A stretch of DNA of 64,000 nucleotides from an uncultured Gammaproteobacteria bacterium (GTDB taxonomy: Bacteria; Patescibacteriota; Microgenomatia; PFEM01; JAPLYW01): contig OZ246397.1 in the NCBI GenBank assembly GCA_965230945.1, positions 438,284 through 502,283 on the forward strand. Direction: 5' to 3'. This document shows positions 18,765-29,026 of this stretch, piece by piece (the stretch's first letter is position 1; the number at the start of each line of letters is the position of its first letter). A model generated the notes under the pieces. It searched no databases. It had not been told where the DNA came from and saw nothing but the letters and a program-made list of their open reading frames with translations. The translations under genes and the position numbers were made by a program.

Positions 18765-19829
18765 ATGGTTTTAAAACAAATTTGTCTTAAAGATTTTAGA
18801 AATTACTCTCAAAAGGAATTTGAGTTTTCTGCAAACTCGACTTTATTAGTTGGTCCTAATGCGGTTGGCAAGACTAATCTTTTGGAGGCGATTTATCTTT
18901 TAGCTACTGGCAAGAGCTTCCGAGCCCAAGTGGTGGAAGAGATGATTAATTACGGACAGGATTTAGCTCGTCTTAGAGCCGAGATCAAAAATTCTCAAGG
19001 CACAGAAAGCTTGGAGATAGTCTTAACCACGGGTGAAATATTAGGAAGAAGAACCCCTAAGAAAAGATATTTGGTAAATGGAGTCGGGCGGCGCATGATG
19101 GATTTTGTCGGTAATTTGAGAGTTGTTTATTTTGGCCCCGAAGATTTGAAAATTATTTTAAATAGTCCTTCAGTCCGTCGCCAATGGTTAGATTCAGTTT
19201 TGGAGCAGATAGATAAAGAATACAAGAGAGCTAATCTTTCTTATCAAAAAGGCTTAAGGCAGAGAAATAAACTTTTAGAACAAATTCGTGATGAAGGAAA
19301 GCCAAAAGGAATTCTTTTCTTTTGGAATAAGCTTTTGCTTGAGAATGGTGAGATTATTAGTCAAAAAAGGGAGGAGTTTATTAACTTTATTAATAGTCAG
19401 CCTCATTATTTTGGTCAAATTGATGTTCTTTATGATAAAAGCGTCATTTCACCCCAGCGTTTGCAAAGATATCTTGATAGAGAAATTGCCTCAGGCATGA
19501 CTTTGATGGGGCCTCATCGTGATGATTTTGACGTCAAAATCAAAGATGGAGAGGTGGAGCGAAGCTTGCATGCTTTTGGTTCTCGAAGTGAACAGAGGAC
19601 AGCTATTTTTAGCCTCAAGCTGGCAGAACTAGAGTTCATGTTTGTCAAAACACAAGAAAGGCCTCTCTTGTTATTGGATGATATTTTCTCCGAGCTGGAT
19701 AATAAGAGAAGGGAGAGGTTATTGGAGGTTATTCCCAAACAACAAACCATCTTGACGACGGCGGATATCGATTTACTGGAAAAGCAATACTTAAAGAAAT
19801 TAGAGGTGATTAAGGTAAAAGCAGTTTAA
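18765..19829 (+). CDS. recF: DNA replication/repair protein RecF
   Basis: FRNY, GPNAVGKTNLLEAI, GPHRDD, LLLDDIFSELD. Confidence 0.95.
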   Translation: MVLKQICLKDFRNYSQKEFEFSANSTLLVGPNAVGKTNLLEAIYLLATGKSFRAQVVEEMINYGQDLARLRAEIKNSQGTESLEIVLTTGEILGRRTPKKRYLVNGVGRRMMDFVGNLRVVYFGPEDLKIILNSPSVRRQWLDSVLEQIDKEYKRANLSYQKGLRQRNKLLEQIRDEGKPKGILFFWNKLLLENGEIISQKREEFINFINSQPHYFGQIDVLYDKSVISPQRLQRYLDREIASGMTLMGPHRDDFDVKIKDGEVERSLHAFGSRSEQRTAIFSLKLAELEFMFVKTQERPLLLLDDIFSELDNKRRERLLEVIPKQQTILTTADIDLLEKQYLKKLEVIKVKAV

Positions 19830-20101
19830 TTGTTTTTTACCCTTTCGGCGAGTTTGCTTAATTGGAGGGTAATGGTAACGGCTAAAGCCGTAATGATGAC
19901 AGCATAAATAATGAGCGAGATAAGGCCGGAGCCGATACTGATTTTTGTTTTAATATAGTCATTGATGAAGGTTTTAATTAGTTCGTTCCAAGCTAGGGCA
20001 GCTACCAAGCCAAAGCCAGTGGTAGCCAGTTTGAGCATTTGCTGGATAACGGCTAGTTTATATTTTTTTAAATCAGCCTTAGCTTTTTTAATTTTTTTCA
20101 T
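19826..20101 (-). CDS. DUF5654-like small membrane protein
   Basis: FGLVAALAWNE motif, two TM helices. Confidence 0.75.
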   Translation of the reverse strand: MKKIKKAKADLKKYKLAVIQQMLKLATTGFGLVAALAWNELIKTFINDYIKTKISIGSGLISLIIYAVIITALAVTITLQLSKLAERVKNN

Positions 20102-20141
20102 TGACCTTGAAAATTATCCTTAAAAATTAAATAATAAACTA

Positions 20142-21206
20142 ATGTATTCTCCTAAGTTTACCATAAACAATGAAATCTTAGCTAATATTGGTCTAATTGA
20201 AGCCGCTCGAGAAGTTATTGAAAACGCTCCTTTGATTCCCGTTTATGAAGCACGTTTTGTCAAGGATGCTTTGATTAGAACGGTTCATCATGGGACTCAT
20301 CTGGAGGGTAATGATCTTTCTTTAAACGAAGTCAAAAAAGCTATTGAAGGAGAACAGGTGGTAGCTCGTGAGCGTGATATTCAGGAGGTAATCAATTACC
20401 GTAACGTTTTAAAATTTGTTGAAGAAGAAGATAAAAAAAGAGCTACTCATCGCCACTATACTGCTTCTATGCTTAAAAAGATTCATGAGTTAACTTGTCA
20501 TCGAATTCTAGGAGATTTTATAGGTGACTATCGTCAGACTCAGGTAGTAGTTAAAAACGGCTTTACCGGCGAAGTTACTTTTCGACCACCACCAGCGGTA
20601 GAGGTACCTTTTTTACTGGAAGATTTTTTTGAATGGCTTAATGGTTCTAAAATAGCTTCTATACATTCGGTTTTAAAAGCCGGTATTACTCATTATTACT
20701 TAGTGGCTGTTCATCCTTTTATTGAAGGTAATGGCCGTACAGCTCGGGCTTTTGCCACTTTGGTTTTGTTTTTTGAAGATTATGATATTAGGAAGTGTTT
20801 TTCTTTGGAAGAATATTTTGATAAGGATGCCACTTCTTACTATCAGGCTTTGGCTGATGTTTCTAATCAGTCTCAGGATATTAATCAGCGTGATCTGACC
20901 CCTTGGCTAACCTACTTTACACAAGCGATGGCGGTAGAACTAACGAGGATTAAAGAAAAGGTAAAGAAGCTTTCTACTGATTTAAAAATAAAAAATAAAA
21001 TAGGTGCTCAAATACCCTTAAACGAGCGTCAGATGAAGCTCATGGAGTATTTACAAGCTAATGGTTCCATTACTACCCCTGAAGCTAAGAAGATAGTTCC
21101 TAATTATTCAGATGATACCATCTTGCGCGACTTTAATTATTTTATTAAAAGAGGTATTCTTAAAAAAGAGGGGAAGACTAAGTCAGCAAGGTATATTTTA
21201 CGCTAA
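20142..21206 (+). CDS. Fic-domain protein (class II-like, autoinhibited) with C-terminal wHTH
   Basis: HPFIEGNGRTAR catalytic motif; N-terminal THLEGN inhibitory-type motif. Confidence 0.9.
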   Translation: MYSPKFTINNEILANIGLIEAAREVIENAPLIPVYEARFVKDALIRTVHHGTHLEGNDLSLNEVKKAIEGEQVVARERDIQEVINYRNVLKFVEEEDKKRATHRHYTASMLKKIHELTCHRILGDFIGDYRQTQVVVKNGFTGEVTFRPPPAVEVPFLLEDFFEWLNGSKIASIHSVLKAGITHYYLVAVHPFIEGNGRTARAFATLVLFFEDYDIRKCFSLEEYFDKDATSYYQALADVSNQSQDINQRDLTPWLTYFTQAMAVELTRIKEKVKKLSTDLKIKNKIGAQIPLNERQMKLMEYLQANGSITTPEAKKIVPNYSDDTILRDFNYFIKRGILKKEGKTKSARYILR

Positions 21207-21221
21207 AAACCTTGGGGTATT

Positions 21222-21419
21222 TTGATGAAACCAGCAGAACCTCAGTTTCTGTATATGATTTTGATTCTGCCAACTTTATTTGGCTTGACTTTAGTTGGCG
21301 AGGGTTTAAATAAAATTTTGAAAGATGAAAAAACAGGTTGGACTTCGATTATTTTTGGCGTTTTATTTGTAGCTGTTGTCGTTTTTGCTTATTTATTCTT
21401 CTCTCAAAACCTAATTTAA
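21222..21419 (+). CDS. Small two-TM hypothetical protein
   Basis: 65-aa hydrophobic ORF packed between fic and the ligase gene. Confidence 0.65.
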   Translation: MMKPAEPQFLYMILILPTLFGLTLVGEGLNKILKDEKTGWTSIIFGVLFVAVVVFAYLFFSQNLI

Positions 21420-21421
21420 AA

Positions 21422-23140
21422 ATGGATTTTAAAAATTTGGCAAGTTTCTTCTTGAAATTAGAGAAAACTGCCTCTAGAAACGAAATCACTCAGATTTTAG
21501 TAGATCTTTTGAAAAAATCTTCCTTGAAGGAGGTAGATAAAATTTGTTACTTATCTTTAGGAAAATTATTGCCCGCCTATAAAGGCTTAGAGTTTAATAT
21601 GGCCGAAAGATTGATGTTTAAGGCAGTCGCCAAGGCTTTTGCGAAGAGGGAAGAAGAGGTAAAGAGTCTTTTTAAAAAAGAGGGTGATCTAGGAGAGGTA
21701 GTTTTTAATTTAAAAAGTAACCATGATCAAAGTAAGCTTGAGGTAAATAAAGTCTATGATCTTCTCTATGAGATTGCTTCGGAAGGAGGTCAGGGTTCGG
21801 TAGAGCGAAAGATAAACAAAACAGCCCAACTTCTTTTCGACTTAGATCCTCTTTCAGCCAAATATGTAGCAAGAATTCCCTTGGGAAAATTAAGATTAGG
21901 TTTTTCTGAATTAACAATCCTGGATGCCTTATCTTGGATGCTTAAAAAAGATAAGTCACAAAGAAAATTTATTGAGTCGATCTACAATGTCCGGGCTGAT
22001 ATTGGACAAATTGCCAGAATCCTTAAAAGCAAAGGCTTAAAAGGATTAAGGGGGGTTAAAGTTCAAGTTGGTGTTCCGGTGGTTTCTGCCTTGTGCCAGA
22101 GACTACCTAATGCTGAGGAAATGATCAAAAAGATGGGCGAAGTAGCAGTTGAACCTAAATATGACGGGCAAAGATTAGCTGTCCACTTTGCTAAAGACAA
22201 AATGACAAGAATCTTTACCAGAAATTTAGAAAATGTGACTCATATGTTTCCAGATATTGTTGAAGCATTAGGTAGGGAAGTAAAGGCTAAAGAAGTTATT
22301 TTTGATGGGGAAGCGATTGCTTTTGATCCAAAAACCAATAAATTTTTGCCTTTCCAAGAAACAATTAAAAGAAAAAGAAAATATGAAATTTCCCACAAGG
22401 CAAAAGAGATCCCTTTAAAATATTTTGTTTTTGATATCCTTTTGAAAGATGACCGAGATTTGATTAATTTACCTTTCAAAAAAAGAAGAGAGATTTTATC
22501 TAAAACTATTTTACCCCAATCACGAACAATTAAGCTTTCTCCTCAAATTGTGACCGTGAGTTCTTTGGAATTAAAATCTTATCATAAAGAACAAATAAAA
22601 AAAGGCTTAGAAGGAGTGGTTGTTAAAAAATGGGAGGCACCTTATGACTCAGGGAGGCGTGGTTATACTTGGGTAAAACTTAAACAAGAGAAGGGAAAGA
22701 AAGGTGGCGGTTTAACCGATACTCTAGATTGTGTTGTTATGGGTTATTATAAGGGAAAGGGGAAAAGGGCAAGTTTTGGCATTGGTGGTTTTTTGGTAGG
22801 TGTTAAAGAAGAGCAGGTGAATGATCGAATTTTGACGATTTCAAAAGTTGGTACTGGTCTTTCTGATGAGCAGTGGAGGGAGATGAGAAGACGTTGTGAT
22901 CGGGTTAGAACTGAAAAACAGCCAAAACAATATAAGCTTGATAAGAACTTAAAACCTGATTTATGGTGTTTGCCAAAAATTGTAGTAGAAATTGAAGCAG
23001 ACAACATTACTAAATCGCCAATTCATACCGCTGGTTTAGCTTTACGTTTCCCACGCCTGGTTCGCTTTCGTGATGATAAACGAGCTAATCAAGCAAGTAG
23101 TCTTGAGGAAGTTAAAAAGCTTTATGAACTGCAAAAGTAG
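21422..23140 (+). CDS. ATP-dependent DNA ligase (archaeal/eukaryal-type, with N-terminal DNA-binding domain); start moved from 21338
   Basis: EPKYDG adenylation motif, DGEA, FDIL, EGVVVK, WVKLK, LRFPR..R.RDDK. Confidence 0.93.
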   Translation: MDFKNLASFFLKLEKTASRNEITQILVDLLKKSSLKEVDKICYLSLGKLLPAYKGLEFNMAERLMFKAVAKAFAKREEEVKSLFKKEGDLGEVVFNLKSNHDQSKLEVNKVYDLLYEIASEGGQGSVERKINKTAQLLFDLDPLSAKYVARIPLGKLRLGFSELTILDALSWMLKKDKSQRKFIESIYNVRADIGQIARILKSKGLKGLRGVKVQVGVPVVSALCQRLPNAEEMIKKMGEVAVEPKYDGQRLAVHFAKDKMTRIFTRNLENVTHMFPDIVEALGREVKAKEVIFDGEAIAFDPKTNKFLPFQETIKRKRKYEISHKAKEIPLKYFVFDILLKDDRDLINLPFKKRREILSKTILPQSRTIKLSPQIVTVSSLELKSYHKEQIKKGLEGVVVKKWEAPYDSGRRGYTWVKLKQEKGKKGGGLTDTLDCVVMGYYKGKGKRASFGIGGFLVGVKEEQVNDRILTISKVGTGLSDEQWREMRRRCDRVRTEKQPKQYKLDKNLKPDLWCLPKIVVEIEADNITKSPIHTAGLALRFPRLVRFRDDKRANQASSLEEVKKLYELQK

Positions 23141-23166
23141 CCTCCAATTTATGTTAAGATTAAGCT

Positions 23167-25659
23167 ATGGAAAAAGATTTCCCTAAATTAGGCTTAAATT
23201 CGCAAGAAGCAGCTAAGCGTTTGAAGGAAAAAGGACCTAATGAGCTTCGAAAACCACAGGAATTTACCACTTTAAGAATTATTGTCTCTCAATTTAAATC
23301 ACCCTTAATTTATATTTTACTACTGGCTGGTATTGTCACTCTCTTTTTAGGTGCCTTTAAGGACAGCTTAGTTATTTTTGGAGCGGTTTTAATCAATACC
23401 ATTGTTGGTTTTTACCAAGAACAGAAGGCGCAAAAATCCTTAGAAGCCTTAAGAAGTCTTTTGGCACCTCAAGCAAATGTTATCCGTGATGGCCAACAGC
23501 AGTTAATAAAGGCTAAAGATTTAGTAGTGGGAGATCTGGTCGTTTTAACGATTGGGAGTCGTATTCCTGCCGATGGAGTCTTGTTGGAGGCAACAGATTT
23601 GAACGTCAATGAAGCTATTTTGACGGGGGAATCGATGCCAGTTAAAAAAAACAAGACTCCAGAAGAAAAGATAGAGGCGTCTAAGTATAAAAAAGGAAAT
23701 ATGGTTTTTGCCGGTACTATTATTAGTAGTGGTATTGGTAAGATGTTGGTTACCAAAACTGGTATGAGCACGGAAATAGGTAAGATCGGCAAAAGAATAG
23801 CTAGATTAGAAGAAGAAAAAACTCCTCTGCAAATTCAGATTGCCAGGCTAGCTAAATACCTGGCTATTGCCGTGGGCGTAATGGCTCTTTGCCTTTTCCT
23901 TTTTGGTGAGTTTTTAGGTTATGGTTTGCTGGAGATGTTTACCACCAGTGTGGCTGTGGCGGTAGCTGCCATTCCTGAAGGTTTGCCCATAAGCTTAACT
24001 GTGATTTTGGCTTTGGGAATGCAAAGGATTTTAAAACGAAAAGCCTTAGTCCGCCGGCTTTTGGCGGCTGAGACTTTAGGTTCGGTAAGCGTTATTTGCG
24101 CCGACAAAACAGGCACCTTAACGGAAGGAAAAATGAAGGTAGTAAATTCTGTTTTAAGTGATGCGTCTAATAGTGAGGATTTATTAGTTAAAGCGGCTCT
24201 TCTTTGCAACGATATGAGGGATCCTTTAGAGATAGCTATGAAGGCTTGGGCGGAGCAAAAGACAGAGATTAAAGACATAGAAAAACAATATCTTCGTTTA
24301 GACGAAATCCCCTTTAATCCCAAATACAAATATATTGCTACCCTACATCGATCTGATTCGAAAGAGGATAATTTACTTTTTGTTTCCGGAGCGCCAGAGA
24401 TAATTTTGCGTAGATGCAAGTTAAGTAAAGCGGAAATCAGGTCATGGGAGGAAAAGTTTAAAGCTTTTGCCGAAAAGGGTTTTCGTCTAGTAGGTTTTGC
24501 CTATAAAGAAATGAGACAAAAAGAAGTTAATCACAAAGACCTTGATCATCTTGATTGGTTGGGTATTCTTATTTTTGAGGATCCTATTCGGGAAGGAGTA
24601 AGAGTAGTTTTGAGAGAGGCGCAACAAGCCAATGTAAAAATTAAGGTCATTACCGGTGATTATCGTTTAACGGCCTTGGCAGTTTTAAAGAAATTAGGCT
24701 TGGCTGATAATGGTTTGGTTTTGGAAGGCAAAGATTTAGAAGAGATGACGGAAAAAGACTTAGAGGAGAAAGTTGAAGATGTGGTTTTGTTTACTCGGAC
24801 GACACCCGAACAGAAACTAAAGATTGTTAAAGCTTTAAAGGCTAATAAAGAGGTGGTGGCTATGATGGGGGATGGAGTGAACGACGCCCCAGCTTTAAAA
24901 CAGGCAGATATTGGTATTGTCGTAGGGGAGTCGTCTGATGTAGCCAAACAAACAGCTGATATTGTTCTGCTTGATTCTAATTTTGCCACTGTTATTCATG
25001 CCATTGAAGGTGGACGGGCAATTTTTGCAAACATTAAAAAAGTCGTTTTGTATCTTTTATCTGATGGCTTTTCTGAAGTCATTTTAATTGGTGGCTCTTT
25101 GCTTTTGAGGTTGCCTTTGCCAGTAACAGCAGTACAAATTCTTTGGGTAAATTTAGTTCAAGATAGTTTCCCTGCCATTGCCTTAGCTTTTGAAGGTAAA
25201 GAAAAGGGGATTATGAAGGAACCACCCCGCTTGAAAGATGCCCCTATTTTAAATAATGAACTCAAGTTTTTGATCTTTGTGATTGGTATTTTCACCAACT
25301 TAGTCCTTTTGGGCTTGTTTTACTTATTGAGCAAGGGCTATTTATATCTTTTAGATATTCGTACGGTGATGTTTGTGGCTTTGGGCATTGATTCTTTGTT
25401 TGTTGTTTTTGCTTGTCGAAGTCTGCGCCAGCCAATTTTTAGGTATAATCCTTTTGGTAATAAAATACTTAGTTTATCAGTCCTTGTCGGCCTAATTTTG
25501 CTTTTAGGAGCTGTCTATTTGCCTTTTTTACAGAAACTTTTAGGGACTCATTTTTTGGGAATTAGAGAGTGGATTTTTCTTTTAAGTTTGGGTATTTTTA
25601 ATTTATTGGCTATTGAAATCACCAAAGGTGTTTTCATTGCCTTAAGGAAAAAAGGATAA
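23167..25659 (+). CDS. P-type (P2A-like) cation-transporting ATPase
   Basis: LTGES, IPEGLP, DKTGTLT, TGD, GDGVNDAPAL. Confidence 0.95.
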   Translation: MEKDFPKLGLNSQEAAKRLKEKGPNELRKPQEFTTLRIIVSQFKSPLIYILLLAGIVTLFLGAFKDSLVIFGAVLINTIVGFYQEQKAQKSLEALRSLLAPQANVIRDGQQQLIKAKDLVVGDLVVLTIGSRIPADGVLLEATDLNVNEAILTGESMPVKKNKTPEEKIEASKYKKGNMVFAGTIISSGIGKMLVTKTGMSTEIGKIGKRIARLEEEKTPLQIQIARLAKYLAIAVGVMALCLFLFGEFLGYGLLEMFTTSVAVAVAAIPEGLPISLTVILALGMQRILKRKALVRRLLAAETLGSVSVICADKTGTLTEGKMKVVNSVLSDASNSEDLLVKAALLCNDMRDPLEIAMKAWAEQKTEIKDIEKQYLRLDEIPFNPKYKYIATLHRSDSKEDNLLFVSGAPEIILRRCKLSKAEIRSWEEKFKAFAEKGFRLVGFAYKEMRQKEVNHKDLDHLDWLGILIFEDPIREGVRVVLREAQQANVKIKVITGDYRLTALAVLKKLGLADNGLVLEGKDLEEMTEKDLEEKVEDVVLFTRTTPEQKLKIVKALKANKEVVAMMGDGVNDAPALKQADIGIVVGESSDVAKQTADIVLLDSNFATVIHAIEGGRAIFANIKKVVLYLLSDGFSEVILIGGSLLLRLPLPVTAVQILWVNLVQDSFPAIALAFEGKEKGIMKEPPRLKDAPILNNELKFLIFVIGIFTNLVLLGLFYLLSKGYLYLLDIRTVMFVALGIDSLFVVFACRSLRQPIFRYNPFGNKILSLSVLVGLILLLGAVYLPFLQKLLGTHFLGIREWIFLLSLGIFNLLAIEITKGVFIALRKKG

Positions 25660-25662
25660 ACA

Positions 25663-26622
25663 ATGCTTTTTCTTTATTTAGGTTTAATATTATTTTTTTG
25701 TTTTCTATTGGTTAAGGCAACTGATATTTTAATTATTAATTTCCGTCGTCTTTCTCAAAAGACTAATCTTAGGAAATTTGCTTTAACTGGTTTAGTTTTA
25801 GGTTTGGCTACCAGTTTGCCTGAACTTTTTGTGGGCCTAAGTTCTGCTTTTGAGAATCAGCCCATTCTTTCTTTAGGTAATATTATGGGGGCTAATATTG
25901 CCAATTTGTCTTTAGTAATTGGTGGGGCAGCTTTGGTTAGTGGTATGATAGCTGTTCGGGGCAGCTTTATTCGCCGAGATGTTTTTTATGCCTTTTTGGC
26001 AGCTACTTCGCCGATGATTCTTTTATTTGATAAGACTTTATCGCGAGTGGATGGTTTGATTCTGTTGTTTTTTTATATCTTTTATCAGCTGGTGGTTTTC
26101 AACGAACAGCATCGTAAGCTAGCAGGGGAAAAGAAAAGTGTTGTTAGCCGTTTGTTAAGAAAGTTAGATAGCAGGCGAACAAGAAAAGAATTAGGTTGGA
26201 TTTTGATTAGTATTATTTTGCTTTTGTTTTCAGCTGATATTTTGGTAAGGGTTTCCATTAAACTGGCCGTTCTTTTTGGTTTCCCCTTGCTTTTAGTAGG
26301 TCTTTTGATTATCTCTGTCGGAACTACTTTACCAGAATTGGTTTTTAGTATTAAAGCTCTTTTAAGAAGACAAAAAGAGATGTTCTTTGGTAACTTATTG
26401 GGTTCGATTGTGGCCAACGGGACTTTGGTTATTGGTTTGGTGGCCTTAATTTCTCCTTTCCGCATTCAGACTTTTTCTAGTTATCTTTTGGCTACCATGA
26501 TCTTTGTCCTTATCTTTGGCTTACTTTACCTTTTTATTAAGACTAAACAGCGTTTAGATCGTTGGGAGGGAGCAATTCTTTTGATTGTTTATCTACTTTT
26601 TATTTTTCTAGAATCTTTTTGA
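25663..26622 (+). CDS. Sodium/calcium exchanger family antiporter
   Basis: Two alpha repeats: ATSLPE...GNIMGAN and GTTLPE...GNLLGS. Confidence 0.9.
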   Translation: MLFLYLGLILFFCFLLVKATDILIINFRRLSQKTNLRKFALTGLVLGLATSLPELFVGLSSAFENQPILSLGNIMGANIANLSLVIGGAALVSGMIAVRGSFIRRDVFYAFLAATSPMILLFDKTLSRVDGLILLFFYIFYQLVVFNEQHRKLAGEKKSVVSRLLRKLDSRRTRKELGWILISIILLLFSADILVRVSIKLAVLFGFPLLLVGLLIISVGTTLPELVFSIKALLRRQKEMFFGNLLGSIVANGTLVIGLVALISPFRIQTFSSYLLATMIFVLIFGLLYLFIKTKQRLDRWEGAILLIVYLLFIFLESF

Positions 26623-26624
26623 AG

Positions 26625-27947
26625 ATGGAAATTGTAGCTGATCTTCATCTACATAGTAAATATTCACGGGCTGTTTCTCAGAAGATGACCATTCCCGAAA
26701 TGGCTGAATGGGCTGAAAAGAAAGGTATTAACTTATTGGCTACCTCAGACTGGACTCATCCTCTGTGGTTAAGGGAGCTGAAAGAAAATCTTAAAGAAGT
26801 TAGAGAGGGCGTTTATGGTTTAAAAGATCAGTCAAGTAAAACACTGTTTGTGCTGGGGACAGAGATTTCCTCCATTTATAGTCAAGAAGGAGATTCGCAT
26901 AGGATTCATAATCTTATTTTTGCCCCAAATCTTTCTGTGGTTGAAGAGATTAACAATAAACTACGCAGTCGGGGAGCTAATCTTTTCTCTGACGGTCGAC
27001 CCATAATTGGCTTATCAAGTATGGAGATTTGCGATTTGGTTTTTTCTGTTTGTAAAGATTGTTTGGTAATCCCTGCTCATATTTGGACGCCTTGGTTTTC
27101 TTTATATGGTTCAAAATCTGGCTTTGATTCTTTTAAAGAATGTTTTGGTAAGTTTGCAGATTCGGTTTATGGTATTGAGACCGGTTTATCTTCTGATCCT
27201 TTGATGAACTGGCAAATAGAAGATTTAAAGAATAAAAGTATTTTAAGCTTTAGCGATGCTCATAGTCCGCAGAAGTTGGGTAGGGAGGTAACAGTTTTCA
27301 GAAGCAAAGGTAAGGATAAGCAAATAACTTACAAAGATATTTTAGAAGCTATAAGAAGAGATAAGGATTCTTGGTGGGAGATTGGTCATACCATTGAGTT
27401 TTACCCACAAGAAGGTAAATATCATTACAGCGGCCATCGGAATTGTAATGTGGTACGAAGCCCTAAAGAAATTGAGAAATTAGGTTCTGCTTGTTCTGTT
27501 TGTGGTCGGGGTTTAACGGTAGGAGTAATGTCTCGGGTAGAACAATTAGCTAGTAAAGGAATTAAAGAAAAAGATTTAAAAATTGAAAAGGATGAATTTG
27601 GAGTGAAACGAATTACTTATAATAGCAGGTCCTCTTATGTGATGATGGTGCCTTTGGTGGAGATTTTATCCGAAGTGCTTGAATGCGGAGTTTCTAGCCA
27701 AAAGGTGGAAAGTGAGTATGATTTGTTAACAAATCAATTTGGTTGTGAGTTTGATATTTTGCTTAAAACACCCCTAAAAGAATTAGAGAAAATTGCTGGA
27801 GAGAAGGTAGTTCAGGCTTTAGGAAGGGTTAGAAGCGGTAATATTTTTATTAAGCCTGGCTATGATGGTGTTTTTGGTCAGGTAAAAATTTGGCCAAATG
27901 AAGAAAGCAGTAAGGTTGGCGCTGAACAGCAAATGAATTTATTTTAG
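26625..27947 (+). CDS. Endonuclease Q family (PHP domain plus Zn ribbon); start moved from 26562
   Basis: ADLHLHSKYSRA, PAHIWTPWFS, ETGLSSDP, SDAHS, GKYH..GHR.C...C..CG, PGYDG. Confidence 0.85.
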   Translation: MEIVADLHLHSKYSRAVSQKMTIPEMAEWAEKKGINLLATSDWTHPLWLRELKENLKEVREGVYGLKDQSSKTLFVLGTEISSIYSQEGDSHRIHNLIFAPNLSVVEEINNKLRSRGANLFSDGRPIIGLSSMEICDLVFSVCKDCLVIPAHIWTPWFSLYGSKSGFDSFKECFGKFADSVYGIETGLSSDPLMNWQIEDLKNKSILSFSDAHSPQKLGREVTVFRSKGKDKQITYKDILEAIRRDKDSWWEIGHTIEFYPQEGKYHYSGHRNCNVVRSPKEIEKLGSACSVCGRGLTVGVMSRVEQLASKGIKEKDLKIEKDEFGVKRITYNSRSSYVMMVPLVEILSEVLECGVSSQKVESEYDLLTNQFGCEFDILLKTPLKELEKIAGEKVVQALGRVRSGNIFIKPGYDGVFGQVKIWPNEESSKVGAEQQMNLF

Positions 27948-28019
27948 AGAATTTATGCCTTGACAAAAGCCAGGTAATTATGAAACGATAAGCTTAAGGA
28001 AGGGGGTGAGAAATAAAGA

Positions 28020-28328
28020 ATGGCTGGAACAGGTCTGCCTAAAAAGACTGCCGCTGCTTTATCTTATGTTTTAGGCTGGGTTACGGGTATCATTTTTCTC
28101 TTGATTGAGAAGGATCCTTTTGTCCGCTTTCATGCTGCTCAATCAGTAGTTGTCTTTGGTATTTTAACGGTTATTGTTCTGATTCCCTTCCTTTGGTTTT
28201 TTATTCCCATCGTTTGGATTGTTGGTTTTGTGCTTTGGTTAGTTTTGATTTACAAAGCTTATCAAGGAGAGGAATTTAAACTTCCCTGGGTTGGTAATTT
28301 AGCGAAAAAACTATTAGGTAAGATTTAA
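28020..28328 (+). CDS. DUF4870-like membrane protein
   Basis: AALSY...FVRFHAAQS...KAYQGE.FKLP.VG. Confidence 0.8.
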   Translation: MAGTGLPKKTAAALSYVLGWVTGIIFLLIEKDPFVRFHAAQSVVVFGILTVIVLIPFLWFFIPIVWIVGFVLWLVLIYKAYQGEEFKLPWVGNLAKKLLGKI

Positions 28329-28399
28329 TTACTAAATTTTAGTTAATTATTTTAGCCGTTCGCTGTCGGGCGGCTTTAATGTGCTAGAATATTGATATT

Positions 28400-29026
28400 G
28401 TGATATTTAAAAATCGGAACACGGCTGGTAAAGAACTAGCTAAAAAGATAAAATTTTTACCAGGAGATAAAAAGATTATTGTTTTAGGTATCCCGCGGGG
28501 AGGAGTGGTGGTAGCTAAAGAGATAGCTGATTTGTTAAAGGTTCCTTTGGATATCATCGTTGCTAAAAAGATTGCCGCTCCTCATCATTCAGAATTGGCT
28601 ATTGGAGCTGTAGGTACGATAGGTCAAGCGGTTATTGATGAGAAGATGGCCGCAAAGATGGGAGCTGATGAGCAATATATTAATAGCCAAATTAAAGAAG
28701 TAAGAAATTTAGTTGCAGGTAAAGAAAAGGAGCTTCGAGGAGGAAAGCCGCCTTTAGAGTTAAAAGACAAAGCAGTGATTTTGGTTGACGATGGCGTTGC
28801 TACTGGAGCCACCATGGCGGCGGCCATAGGAATTATAAGGCAAAGTAACCCCTATCAAGTAATCGTAGCTGTTCCTGTTATTGCTAAAGATACTCTATCT
28901 AAAATAGAAAATTCAGCTGATGAGGTGATTTACCTTCAGGCACCGATGTTGTTTTTTGCCGTTGGTCAGTTTTACCAAGATTTTACTCAAGTAAATGATA
29001 AACAAGTTAAACAACTTTTAAAATGA
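28400..29026 (+). CDS. Phosphoribosyltransferase family protein
   Basis: FKNR..AG, GIPRGG, VDDGVATGAT PRPP-binding motif. Confidence 0.9.
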   Translation: MIFKNRNTAGKELAKKIKFLPGDKKIIVLGIPRGGVVVAKEIADLLKVPLDIIVAKKIAAPHHSELAIGAVGTIGQAVIDEKMAAKMGADEQYINSQIKEVRNLVAGKEKELRGGKPPLELKDKAVILVDDGVATGATMAAAIGIIRQSNPYQVIVAVPVIAKDTLSKIENSADEVIYLQAPMLFFAVGQFYQDFTQVNDKQVKQLLK

